From assembly GCF_039654945.1 (NCBI RefSeq), contig NW_027361727.1, positions 19,096,001 through 19,160,000 on the forward strand: DNA of 64,000 nt. The letters are read 5' to 3'. This document shows, piece by piece, positions 11,204-23,264 of this stretch (within the stretch, counting starts at the first letter, position 1; each line of letters starts with the position of its first letter). Position numbers and translations under genes: made by a program. A model generated the notes under the pieces. It had not been told where the DNA came from. It worked only from the letters and a program-made list of their open reading frames with translations, and did not search any database. Origin of the DNA: Dendrobates tinctorius. Its lineage: Eukaryota.

Positions 11204-13179
11204 TTTTATTTACAATACAGACAAGGACAGACACGGGAACAGATAATGAAGAAGGACACAGGCCTGAGTATGCAGCCTTCAGGGAGGCGGAAACATAGGG
11301 CACAAAGTGCATGGTAACAGGTCTGGGAATGCAGCCCCCAGAGAAGGCGAAAACAAGACAGTACCTGGCACCTCAGCAGCAAGACACTGACTGAGGGAAT
11401 AGTTGCACAGGCATCCTTCTATGGGTGAGGATGCCTTAAGTACCTGAGGTCTCTTGACAGTTGGCTGGGGACACCTTAGGAAGGTGCACACTGACTCAAT
11501 AAGAGCCAGGGAGTGCCAACGCCACCCCCCCTATGCACACAGCTAGGAAGTATGCAGAGAGCAGGCAGGAGACAAGAAGCATCCAGCATGGAGCCAGCAA
11601 GAGACAGAACTCACAGCATGGCCTGGAGTAGTGAGAAAATTGGTGTGTAAGGCAGGTGGGGGATGGGAGGCCAGGCAGTGATGCCGGCAGAGTTGTAACA
11701 AATACGTGGGGCCCATAATACTGTATGGAGGAGCATTACATGGGCCCATAATACTGTATGGAGGAGTATGGGGCCCAAGATGTGCTGAATGGAGCATTAT
11801 ATGGGACCCATGATGTGCTGTATAGAGGGGCATTACATGGGGCCCGTCCGTGATGTACTGTATGGAGGAGCATTATATGCGGTCCATGATGTACTGTATA
11901 TGGAGGAGCATTAAATGCAGCCCATGATGTACTGTATGGAGGAGCATTATATGCAGCCCCTGATATATTGTATGGAGGAGCATTATATGCGGCCCATGAT
12001 ATACTGTATGAATGAGCATCATATGGGGCCAATAATACTGTATGGAGGACAATGTGGTTGCCCAAAATACTGTATGGTGGACTATGTGGTTGCCCAAAAT
12101 ACTGTATGGTGGACTATGTGGTTGCCCATAGTACTGTATGGAGGACTATGTGGTTGCCCATAATACTGTATGGAGGACTATGAGGTTCCCATAATACAGT
12201 ATGAAGGACTATGTGGTGCTCATAATACTGTATGGACCACTATGTGGTGCCCATATATTGTACTATACATGTATTTTTTATCTGTGCATCAGGAATCGTG
12301 GCATGTCTTAAAGGGGCCCACTGATACTCTTTAGCCCGAGGTCCACGATAACCTGGAGCAGACCCTGGCAACGACGCACATCAAGATGAATGACGGCTGT
12401 AGCTGACAGGGCACTCTGCTCTGTGACAAGCCATGCGTTGACGTCACATAGCAGTTATGTTAAATGACTCCTGCAGCCTTTGATAGGCCAGTGGCCTTTC
12501 AGTGTTACTGCTATGTGATGTCAGCGCACGGCCTGTCACAGAGCAGAGCACCCTGTCACAGCTGCAGTCAACAGCCATTTTAACGACTATGCCAAATATG
12601 AAGCTACAAGAGGGCACCGGGGAGTGCATGAAGGTGAGGAGAATTCCCCCCTCACTGTGATTGGGCAAAGTAGTGGCCATAGGGACGGATATAGGAGAAC
12701 AAGGAGGGGACATTATTAAAGTGGACATATGGGCCTAGTATGGGGACATTGAATAAAGGGGCCCAGGATGGGGACCTTATTAAAGTAGACATTAGGATCC
12801 AGGATGGGGACATTAAATAAAGGGGCCCAGGATCTGGCACCTTATTAAATAAAGGGGTGATATAATTACTGTATGGAGGTCAGGATGAGGAACATACATT
12901 ATTGATTTATGGTGGCAAGTGTGGACATAATTACTGTAGGGGCCAATCAGGACATTATTACTGCTGTAATGTAAATTACTTTTGAGGTTACTGTCTTCCA
13001 TGGGGGAAAACAAAAGGGGTCCTGCTACTGTGCAGGGCGGCACTATGTCTTTTGTTTATCTTCACCTATAGGTAACTGTGTTATTTTCTGCAGAGACGAG
13101 TCCTGGATGGTAGAATTGATGGCGGTCTGCACTGGATGAAGATGAAAGACTTCAACTACAAACGTCATCGGTGAGTCAG

Positions 13180-13312
13180 TGTGTTACTTGTACACTTACA
13201 CTATATACAGAGCTCCTGTATATAATGTCACTGGTAACCACTGTATTACCTGTACACTGACACTATATACAGAGCTCCTGTATATAATGTCACTGGTGAT
13301 CACTGTATTACC
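13180..13312. repeat. ~61-bp tandem repeat (2+ copies) abutting the CR1
   Basis: TGTATTACCTGTACACTGACACTATATACAGAGCTCCTGTATATAATGTCACTGG repeated. Confidence 0.8.
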
Positions 13313-15310
13313 TTGAAGGAGAACTCACCACTTCTCGTGGCAGCTTGTTCCACTCATTGATCACTCTAACTGTCAAAAAGTGTTTTCCAATATCTAATCT
13401 GTGTCTCCTCCCATTCAGTTTCATCCCATGGCTTCTAGTCTTTCCTTGTGCAAATGAGAATAAAGATGATCCTTCTACAATGTGATAGCCTTTCAGATAT
13501 TTGTAGACAGCTATTAAGTCTCCTCTCAGTCTTCTCTTTTGCAAACTAAACATTCCCAAATCCTGCAACCTTTCCTCATAAGACAGGGTTTGCAGACCGG
13601 TCACCATTCTGGTCGCTCTTTTCTGAACTTGCTCCAGTTTGTTGATGTCTTTTTTAAAATGTGGTGCCCAAAACTGGACACAATATTCCAGATGAGGTCT
13701 GACCAAAGAGGAGTAGAGGTAAATAATGACTTCACGTGATCTAGACTGTATGCTTCTGTTAATACATCCTAGAATTGCATTTGCCTTTTTTGCTGCTGCA
13801 TCACACTGTTGACTCATATTCAGTCTGTGATCTATTAGTATACCCAAGTCTTTTTCACATGTGCTGTTGCTCAGCCCTATTCCTCCCATTCTGTATATGC
13901 TTTTTTCATTTTTATTGCCAAGATGTAGTACTTTGCATTTTTCCCTGTTAAAAACCATTCTGTTAGTTGCTGCCCAATTCTCCAGTTTATTTATATCTCT
14001 TTGAATCCTCTCTCTCTCTTCTCTAGTATTAGCTATCCCTCCTAGCTTTGTGTCATCAGCAAATTTAATCAGTTTACCCTCAATTCCTTCATCTAAATCG
14101 TTGATAAAGATGTTGAACAATACAGAGCCCAGGACAGAGCCCTGTGGTACCCCACTTGAGACATTCTTCCAACTGGATGTGCAGCCATTTACAACCACTC
14201 TTTGGGTCCGATCACTAAGCCAGTTATGAATCCACCTAACAGTTGCCTTGTCCATTCCATACTTAGTCATTTTTTCAATAAGGATTGTATGAGATACTTT
14301 GTCAAATGCTTTGCTGAAGTCAAGATATACTATATCTACAGAATTTCCTTGATCCACCCAATCAGTGATTCCGTCATAGAAGGAAATTAAGTTAGTCTGA
14401 CATGACTTATTAGTTACAAACCCATGCTGACTCTCTTTAATCACTTCATTCTTATCCAGGTACTGACATACATGTTGTTTAATAATTTGTTCAAAGATCT
14501 TTCCTGGTATAGCAGTCAGACTCACCGGCCTATAGTTACCTGGGTCCACCTTCTTCCCCTTTTTGAAGATAGGAGCAACATTTGCTCTTCTCCAGTCTTC
14601 TGGGACTTCTCCTGTTCTCCAAGAATTTTCAAAGATTATGGAGAGGGGTTCAAAAATTTCTTCTGCTATCTCCTTCAGTACTCTGGGGTGTAATTCATCT
14701 GGACCTGGAGACTTGAATTCATTTAGGTTAGCTAAGTGTTTCCTCACTATCTGTCTGTTTATAGATATCCTGGATTCTTCTATTCCCTTAATAGGACAGT
14801 GAAGAACAGTTGATGTTACATTTCCTTTCTGAGAGAAAACAGATGCAAAATAGGAATTTAAAAGTTCGGCCTTCTCCACATCCTGTCTTACCATTTCATC
14901 ATTTTCATCCTGTAAAAATCCTATAGCATCTTTGACTTTTCTTTTACTTTTGACATATCCCCAAAATCCTTTATGATTGCTTTTGACATCTCTTGCAAGC
15001 CTCAATTCATTGTCAGCTTTAGTTAATCTGATTTGTGCCCTGCAGGTTCTGCAGACAGCATTATATTCTTCTTTAGATATGCCTCCCTCTTTCCATTTTA
15101 TAAACATTTTTTTCTTCCTTTTTAGCATGTGCTTAAGTTCTGTGTTCATCCATCCTGGTTTCCTTAAATGCTTCCTATTCTTTCCTCTTTTCGGAATTGT
15201 TAACAATTGTGCTTTGAGAATTTCATTTTTCAAGATTTCCCATCCTTCCTGGACATTTTTGTCTTTAAAGATATCCAGCCATTGGATCCCTCCAATTCTC
15301 TTTCTGAATC
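13308..15310 (-). mobile_element. CR1-clade LINE fragment with uninterrupted ORF2 reverse transcriptase (641-codon ORF 13308-15233)
   Basis: KSPGPDELHPRVLKE, NYRPVSLT, YLDFSKAFD, SGVPQGSVLG, KFADDTKL, EKDLG, LVRPHLEYCVQFW, RRLRGDLI. The endonuclease domain and 3' UTR are absent. Confidence 0.95.
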
Positions 15311-15315
15311 ACTTT

Positions 15316-15527
15316 TGATCGCAGCATTTAGAGGGTTAAACAGCCCAGGACAGTGCGGGCACTTCTCTTGGCTGGGTCTCGGCTATCTGTTAAGTTAAGC
15401 TCCCGTCGACTAGCGCTCTGGCACAGCTCCTGTGCCCGCACGATGGCCGTGACGTAGCAGTACATCCATCTGCGGGCACACACTTCAAAATATGATTTAC
15501 TGATACGTCATGTCGGGAAGGGGTTAA
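15316..15527. mobile_element. Terminal fragment of a TTAA-type (piggyBac-like) non-autonomous DNA transposon
   Basis: Ends in GTCGGGAAGGGGTTAA. Confidence 0.45.
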
Positions 15528-16169
15528 CACCATATCCGTGGGTGAATAGCGTTTGTTTACATGATGAAATGTTTACTTACTATTTATCTATATCTGCTTC
15601 TTTCAGCCTTTGTGCTTACGATACTCCACTGGAGCCAGGCCAGGTCAGTGCGATTTTCCTTGGCAGATGCACTGGTTTTTCTTGAAATTACTCGGCCACC
15701 AATGATCACATATCGTGGCTGGTGCCTTGTAATCACAAGAGGCACCCAGGGTTTTCTATGGGGATGTTCACACTGCTCTCGTCCGGCTGCCTCAGAGTAT
15801 AAATGTGGTAGCTGAACTACAGTTTTGCCACTTTTTTTGCTCAACTCAACCAGTCGCACCCGAGCCCTGGAGCCTAGGGGCCCCAAAAGTCCCTTTTGCG
15901 TATATGAATAGACCAATGCTATTAAAGACTTGCAATAATTGGGGATCTCATTAGAGCTTATGCATTGGGGCCCATGCTCTTCAAGTTACTCCACTGTGAC
16001 CACATACGTTTTACCACAACCTAACTGTCATCAGTTGTGTTATTTACCCATGCGGTTTTTAAAGGTGAAGCACATTTCTTTTACAAGTTTTACCTGTAAA
16101 AACCATGTGCCACTCCATTCTATAAGTATGAAAATCACATATGAGTGAAGTGTCCGTGTGATGACTGCT

Positions 16170-16508
16170 GAAACCTGCAGAGCTGAATCCTGACATTGCA
16201 GGCTTCGGAATACTCACAACAAATGCACTGCACACATTTAGGATTCTCCCTTGCCAATGTGCAGTCATGTCAGCACATGTATGTGATTTATATACTACTG
16301 GCCACATTCCGACTAGACATGCCTGGCCTCACTCCGTTCATTTTCATTGAGTGAGGCCACACATGTCTAGTCAGCATGTGACCGCATGTATGTAAATCGC
16401 CGGCACGAGAGAATCCTAACAGTGTGCAGTGAGCACTGTGAGAATTCAGAAGTCTGCAGTCACATAGAATGACTGCAGACTCAGCACAAACCTGGACAAC
16501 CCCTTTAA
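16170..16508. mobile_element. Palindromic Kolobok/T2-type MITE
   Basis: Internal dyad (TGCACTGCACAC...GTGTGCAGTGAGCA; GACTAGACATG...CATGTCTAGTC); ends GGACAACCCCTTTAA. Confidence 0.6.
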
Positions 16509-16849
16509 TGTTCCTAACATAAATAATAACATGAGAATAAGTCAGTATCACAAATAATATTTACATCCAGGTACCTTATAGATGACGTCATCTCTGGAGT
16601 CGTTCTTCTTTTCTTCTTCTTGTCCAGACCCCATGATGAGTTTTCTCATCCACATCTCGTCTCTGCAGACTTCCATCTTCTCCGGTCTTCTGCACCAACT
16701 CTCCACACGATGCCCTTAAAGATAGAAGTGTCATTATAATGCTCCTGAATAAAAATATCTGCAATATACTGTCGCTTCACACTATTCCCCCCTCCTCATA
16801 CTGTCTCCTCTAACATCCCACCTGTTCACCATACTGTCTCCTCATATAT

Positions 16850-18060
16850 TTGCCCCCTCACTCTCTATACTCTCTGCTCACACATACCCGACTCCCCATA
16901 CTGTGTCTGCACACATCCCATCACCCTCACTCCCCATACTATGTCTGCACACATCCCATCACCCTCACTCCCCATACCGTGTCCACATACATTCACCCAT
17001 TCGCTCCCCATACTGTCTGCACCCATCTCCCATACTGTTTCCTCATACATACTCTTCATTTTGTCTCCTCAAATCTCCCCACACATATTAAATCCCCCCA
17101 CACATTAAATCCCATCCCCACTCCAAATCCTCCCCATCCCCACTCCAAATCCCCCACACATTAAATCACCCCATCCCCACTCCAAATCCCCCCACACATT
17201 ATGTACACCCCCCAATCCAAATCCAAACACAAAGTAACCCCCCCATCACCACTCCAAATCCCCCCCACATTATGTACACCCCCTACTCCAAATCCCCCCA
17301 CACATAACGTAACCCCCATCCCCACTCCAAATCCCCCAAACATTATGTACACCCCCACTCCAAATCCCCCCACACATTATGTACACCCCCCTCCTCTCCA
17401 AATCCCTCCTCCTCCAAATCCCCCTCCTCTTCTTCTCCAAATACCCCTCCTTCTCCTCTTCTACAAATGTCCCTCCTCCTGCTCCTCTTCTCCAAATCCC
17501 CCCATTTTCCTCCTCCTCCTCTTCTCCGAATCCCCCTCCTTCTCCTTTCCAAATCCTCCTCCTCCTCCAAATCCCCCTCCCCCTCCTCTCCAAATCCCCC
17601 TCCTCCTCCTCTTATCCAAATCCCCCCTCCTCTCCAAATCCCCCTCCTACTCCTCCAAATCCCCCTCCTACTCCTCCAAATCCCCTCCTTCTCCTCCTCC
17701 AAATCCCCCTCCTTCTCCTCTTCTACAAATGTCCCTCCTCCTCCTCCACTTATCCAAATCCCCCTCCTCTTCTCCAAATCCCCCCTCCTCTTCTCCAAAT
17801 CCCCCTCCTTCTCTTTTCCAAATCCCCCCTCCTTCTCTTTTCCAAATCCCCCCTCCTCCTCTTCTCCAAATCCCCCCCCTCCTCCTCTTCTTCAAATCCC
17901 CCTCCTCCTCCTATCCAAATCCCCCTCCTCCTCCTCCAAATCCCCCTCCCCCTCCTCTTATCCAAATCCCCCCTCCTCCTCTCCAAATCCCCCCTCCTCC
18001 AAATCCCCCCCTCCTTGTCTCCAAATCCCCCTCCTCCTCTTCTCCAAGTCCCCCACCCAT
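16850..18060. repeat. C-rich low-complexity minisatellite (TCCAAATCCCCC core)
   Basis: Dozens of TCCAAATCCCCC cores with CCT/CAC spacers; source of the spurious Pro- and Gly-rich ORFs. Confidence 0.9.
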
Positions 18061-18576
18061 CTCCCATCTACGGTGATTCTTCAGCTCCACAGTGGAGCAC
18101 ACTTACCACCAGCGTTCGCTCTGGGCGCCGGGGAGTGACGTCAGCAGCGTGATCACATGACCTGATCACCTGCTGACGTCACTCTGACCAGGCGGTCAGA
18201 GCTTCAATTGTACTGGCGTCTGTATAGACGCCAGTACAATTGCTCACTGGGAGCCAGCGTTCGCAGCTTCTCTTTGTCGGCTGTCAGCTTGACAGCTGGC
18301 ACAGAGAACCGCCGACTCCCAGGCTGGGGGGCAGCAGAATGCAGCCGCCGGGGGGAGAGAGTGCAGATCGCCGCATTAGGCAGCCGACTGCGTCCCGTCG
18401 GTTCTCCCTGTGCTTGAGTGGCTTTCCTCCCATGCCCCAAAAGAATATCAGTAACGATAGTGCATGTGTCGCATGTTGTCGAGCAGTCGTATATTATTCA
18501 AGCACTCCGAAGACACTCGGTTAGCACCCGAGCATGCTCAGATAACACCTTATCATAGCAAGTCCGCTCATCACTA

Positions 18577-20250
18577 TTATACGATGCGATACGATACACT
18601 TTATTGATCCCGAGGGAAATTATGGTATCACAGCAGCGTTACAACAGCATTACAAACAAAACATTAAGAACAGCGTTACTACATTACAAATGGCATTACA
18701 TAGAGTAATTACCAGACACAGATCTTACACATGACTAACCACAATACGTAACAAACAAAGGTACACAAATCTCTGATCATTTCCATTAGTGCGCCAGCCC
18801 TAGGTCATAGCCATCTTTCACTCTTAGTGAATTGTTATACATCCCCATAGCAGTAGGCACAAACAATTTCCTAAATTTCTCCTTCTTGCACCTTAGTAGG
18901 ATTAGACGGCTGCTGAATGTGCTCTTCTGATTCAAGAACAGCTCGTATAGTGGGTGTGTATTATTGTGCATTATAGCCCTGCACTTCCTTTGAATCCTAT
19001 CTTCCACTACCTCCTCAAAAGAGTCAAGATGGAGGCCAACAGCCGCACTTGCCTTCTTGATAAGTTTGTTGAGCTTATTAGCGTCAGCTACTCGCACACT
19101 ACTGCCCCAGCAAATGATAGCAAAAAAAGATGGCGCTTGCTACCATGGACTGGTAGAACATTTTCAGCATTTTACTGCACACCTTGAACGACCTGAGCTT
19201 CCGCAGAAAGTACAGTCTGCTCATTCCCTTCTTGTGACCCTTCTCTGTATGACACCTCCAATCAAGTTTGCTGTCAAGGTGAACCCCCAAATATTTGTAG
19301 CTCTCTAACATCTCCACCTCCTGGCCAGCAATAGTGATCGGTAAGTACTCCTCCTTTTTCCTTCTATAACTCTCCACCATCTCCTTGGTTTTCTCTACAT
19401 TTAGTTTTAGACCGTTAGTCTGGCACCAATCCACAAAGTCAGAAACCACCCTTCTATATTCCTCCTCACCCCGGTCCCCCACAATTCCCCCTACAGTCAC
19501 TGAGTCATCTGAGAATTTTTAGAGGTGACAGAAATCGGATTTATACTGAAAGTCAGCTGTATACAATGTGAAGAGGAAGGACGACAGCACTGTACCCTGA
19601 GGGGCTCCCACACTGCTCCGTACACTGCCAGATACCACCTCCCCCATCCTTACAAACTGCGTCCTGTCCGTCGGGTAGTCGCTTATCCAGTTCACCATCC
19701 CCTCATCCACTGCCATATCAGTCAACTTATATCATAATAAGAGCGGCTGTAAGGTGTTGAAAGCACTAGAGAAGTCAAAGAACATGGCGCGCACTGCAGT
19801 TCCATCATTGTCCAAGAATGAATGTATTGTATGTAGCAGAGACACTACAGCATCATCCACCCCAATCTCTGCTGGTATGCAAACTGCAGGGGGTCAGTGT
19901 AGGCCCTCACCCTTGGGCACAAGTAGGCAAGTACTATTCTCTCCAACGACTTCATGCGATGTTAAGGCCACTGGACGATGGTCATGTAGGGAAGTTGGAA
20001 AGATGATCTTGGGAACCAGCACCAGGCAGGTGGTCTTCCATAGCACTGGTAGTCTCTGGGATTGTAGGTTCCTGTTAAACAGGAGCTGAAAGACATTACA
20101 CAGTTGATTTGCACACACTTTTAGGACACATGGACTGAGGCCATCAGGCCCAGCTGCTTTGCCAATGGCTAGTTTATGAAACTACTGTATTTCCTCACAT
20201 CTCTTGGGGAGACAGTGAAGGCGGGCAGTTCATCATCCAAAGTCAATGCT
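18577..20250 (-). mobile_element. Rex1/Babar-like LINE, 5'-truncated, with frameshifted RT pseudogene
   Basis: KAAGPDG, DHRPVALTS, FDFSSAFNT, GAPQGTVLSSFLFTLYT, FSDDS, YKYLGVHLDSKLDW, RLYFLRKLRSF in fragmented ORFs; 3' tail CCCTCGGGATCAATAAAG followed by (TATCG)n. Confidence 0.85.
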
Positions 20251-22428
20251 GCCGATCGTTCCTCAGCTCCATCCCTCACTCCTGGTGCGTGCTGGCCAGC
20301 GGGAGACCAGCGATGAAAGAAATGTCCAGGGCTTTCCAAGAGCGATCAGCAATACCCGGCAGGGGGGCCGGTCGCTGATCGCTGTCACACACAGCGATCT
20401 CGCTGGTGAGATCGCGGTTGTGTCACAAAACTTGTGTGACGGGGCCTTAAGACAGTTTAATAAATGAGACCAGATAAGTGTCATCCACACAATAAATTGG
20501 TCTGTGTTTTTTTTTGTGGCCCACTTTGAATTATTCCTATTGTTTGCAACAAATGATTAAATCGTGTTGTAGGACTGCATTGTTTGGGAAGTATTTTGTT
20601 CTCGTGGATTGCTACACAATGCTGTTGTTGGGGCGGCTTGTTGACTAAAGCAGCCAGTGAGTAATAGGAATTGACATAAAGTCAGATGACAGGGAAATAT
20701 GAATCCTGATAGTCATGCTGTTATTAATTAACCAAACAATTTTTGTAATAATAGCTTTGTAAGGTGTAAAATATTTTATGACTTCTTTGGCTGACGTTAG
20801 AATCATGTGCACTGAGCCCGTACAGAAGCACAGTCACTGTGGATCATAGGCATTTATTATGTCCCTATGCTGTGACAGCAAATGGTGATGTATAACAGGG
20901 AAATATGGCATGATGTCATTTTCTCATGAAAATCATAGTTAATAGTGTTCATTTGGTTGGAATTGAAGGGAATCTGTCATGTCTCCAAATGCTATTAACC
21001 TGCAGATATGGGGTTAATCTGCAGGCGAGTAGCGTTACAACGCTGCCCGGATGCAACACTGCAAGCACGGCTACTAGGAGAAAATAAACTTATTTACTTA
21101 TTTTAAGGGCTTTGCCTTTTTACTATGTTCACTAAATGCTAAAACTGACCTGCCATTATGATTCTCCAGGTCATTACGAGTTCACAGACACCAAACGTGT
21201 CTAGGTTCTTTTTTATCTAAGTTTTGAAAAAAAATTCCAAAGTTTGTTAAAAAAGCGCCATTTTCCAATACCCATAATGTCTCCATTTTTCGTGGTCTCG
21301 GGTTGGGTGAAGGCTCATTTTTTGCATGCCGAGCTGACTGTTTTATTGATCCCATTTTGGTGCAGATACGTTCTTTTGATCGCCCGTTATTGCATTTTAA
21401 TACAATGTTGCTGCGACCAAAAAAAGTAATTGTGGTGCCCCTGAGGCTCAGTCGCCACAGAGGTACTGCACCTTCTCCTAAGGTGTGGTGCCCCACCATC
21501 CAGGTAAGTTAGAGGCTCCTGACCATGCTCCAACACTCGCACCCCACACAATAGAGTAGTTCAGCAAAACCACATTGCGGCTCTTTGCTTAAAGAGAAGC
21601 AGAGCACCTTTGGTGGTTCCCTGCTTGGAACACTAAACGTGCTGGGAGGTGGCAGGAGTTGAGAATACACATAAAAGAGCGGGAAGGTTTTAGGATTAAG
21701 AGGTAAGTCAGTCAGACGGGGAGTCTGAGAGAGGAAGCCACTCGGAGAGGAGTGGGGATCCCTGGAAGAGGGATGGAGGAAGGAGTGCTGCAGCTGCCTC
21801 AGTGATCTGAGCCAGCTGGCACGGGAAAGGAAAGAAGGAGAAGGACATTGAACTGAAGCCTGAGCTTCCATAGGAGGGAAAGACAAGTACGGAACATAGG
21901 AGTAAAAGGGAACAGAGAGGACGTGGGTTAGAAGAAGAACCCTGCCTAGAAGTTCTACACGCAAGGCCGGGGCCCGGTCCCCGAGGTTGCATGGACACTA
22001 ATGGTTCTGAAGCAGGCACTACAGACTGTGAGTAAAGCTTTGGAGCTACATGCCCTGGTGTCCTCCATTCCTTCCTGCGTCCATCCGCCTGGCACTGCTA
22101 CATCCCCTGCGCCAAACACTACACCATCTAAGTGTCTCTTCACCTATCCTGCCCTGGGACAACAGCCCTGCCTGTGGAGGGCTCTAACATCATTGCTGCA
22201 TCACACCATCTGTCCCGGAGGATCTGTCTGCAGCATTGGCTTAACACCTCTCTTGCCGAACACCACAGGTGGCGTCACGAACTATTCCATTAACTACATT
22301 TCACCATTCACATCATCCCATTTACTTGGGCGCCCAGGGTCACGGTCCGGGTCACCGTTGCTGTGACACGTCCTGCTGACACCGGCCCGGTACCGAGTAC
22401 CCCACGGCCCTGGGAGGGCGACCCAACT

Positions 22429-22446
22429 TGGCGTCACGAACAGGAT
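22429..22446 (+). promoter_or_regulatory. Primer binding site complementary to tRNA-Ser(CGA) 3' end
   Basis: TGGCGTCACGAACAGGAT is the reverse complement of ATCCTGTTCGTGACGCCA, the 3' end of a vertebrate tRNA-Ser(CGA) isodecoder (recalled). Confidence 0.85.
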
Positions 22447-22485
22447 GACGAGACCCGATGCCATCAGGTTCTGTGTGCTTAAGAT

Positions 22486-23264
22486 TTGTTGGGCTTAAAA
22501 CTTTTGAGAATGTGCAGAAGACCCAATTTAATAGACTGTAAAATGAACATTAAAAATGGCCATTGGCGTGGAGAAGAAGGGCGTGACGAGATGGAAGGTA
22601 CTAGGAAAAGACCGCGAACAGTCTTGGGCCTCCCTTGCCTGAATTGCTATGTGACAGCAACATGGCCCACCCCCCGAGGGGTTTGTATACTGGCTTGGTA
22701 TGGAGGCGCTGGAAGAAGACGCCGCCCCAAGAAGGAGGGGCAGAAGCTAGTGGCGGGAAAGGGGCCAAGAGAGGAGGGAGAAGAACGCCAGAACGCCATC
22801 TTGGAGAGAGACGGGAGGAGGCCTGCGGAGCGCAAGGAGGTTATGCTGAATCTCCCTGGCGCCATGGCTGAAGGCTCCAACCCAGTGTCTGAGATGAACC
22901 GCCAGCAGCTGGAGGACGAAATTGCCCAGCTGACGCACCGCCTGCAACTGAGGCAGGAAGTGCTATGGACATTGAATCTGCAGCGCGCCCAGGAGGGGCC
23001 TACACCTGCGGTACCCGCGACACCTGTACCCGACGCTGTTGCACCGGACCTCTTCCAGGCAGACCCCGTAGAGCCTGAAACCGCTGCCATGCCACCGGCA
23101 GCGTACCTTGTTCCCTCCCTGCCGCTACTACCGGAGGAGTTGTACACAGCACAGGGAGCTGAAGCGGAGGAAGAGAATCCCCCGTCCGGACCTGACGCGG
23201 CTGCACAGGTCCCTACAGAGACCCCCGCGGACCCGGAGCCGCCGTTAGCTCCACCGCCGTCCCC
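22486..23264 (+). pseudogene. ORF of the non-autonomous LTR element (basic stretch, short coiled coil, Pro/Ala/Glu-rich), disrupted by the nested chromovirus; continues at ~29216-29514
   Basis: About 260 open codons directly after the PBS; coiled-coil-like MNRQQLEDEIAQLTHRLQLRQE; no recognisable capsid or pol motif. Confidence 0.5.

Larger units (their letters stand above)
10112..11700. mobile_element. Solo LTR (probably Gypsy-type) with an internal Penelope insertion
   Basis: TGTTAC...GTAACA termini; 5-bp TSD ATTAC/AATAC; interrupts a minisatellite unit; no internal coding domains. Confidence 0.75.
9866..12260. repeat. 34-bp minisatellite (GCATTCCATGGGGCCCATAATACTGTATGGAGGA) inside a non-autonomous DNA element, split by a solo LTR
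   Basis: Period 34 (9901, 9935...). About 7 clean copies before 10112; the array resumes and degenerates over 11701-12260. Confidence 0.9.

Noticed and set aside
9693-12163. Repetitive ORFs such as NAPPYSIMGP
   Set aside because: Translations of the 34-bp minisatellite.
17161-18152. Long Pro/Ser/Gly-rich ORFs (up to 291 aa)
   Set aside because: Open in multiple frames on both strands because of low-complexity repeat.
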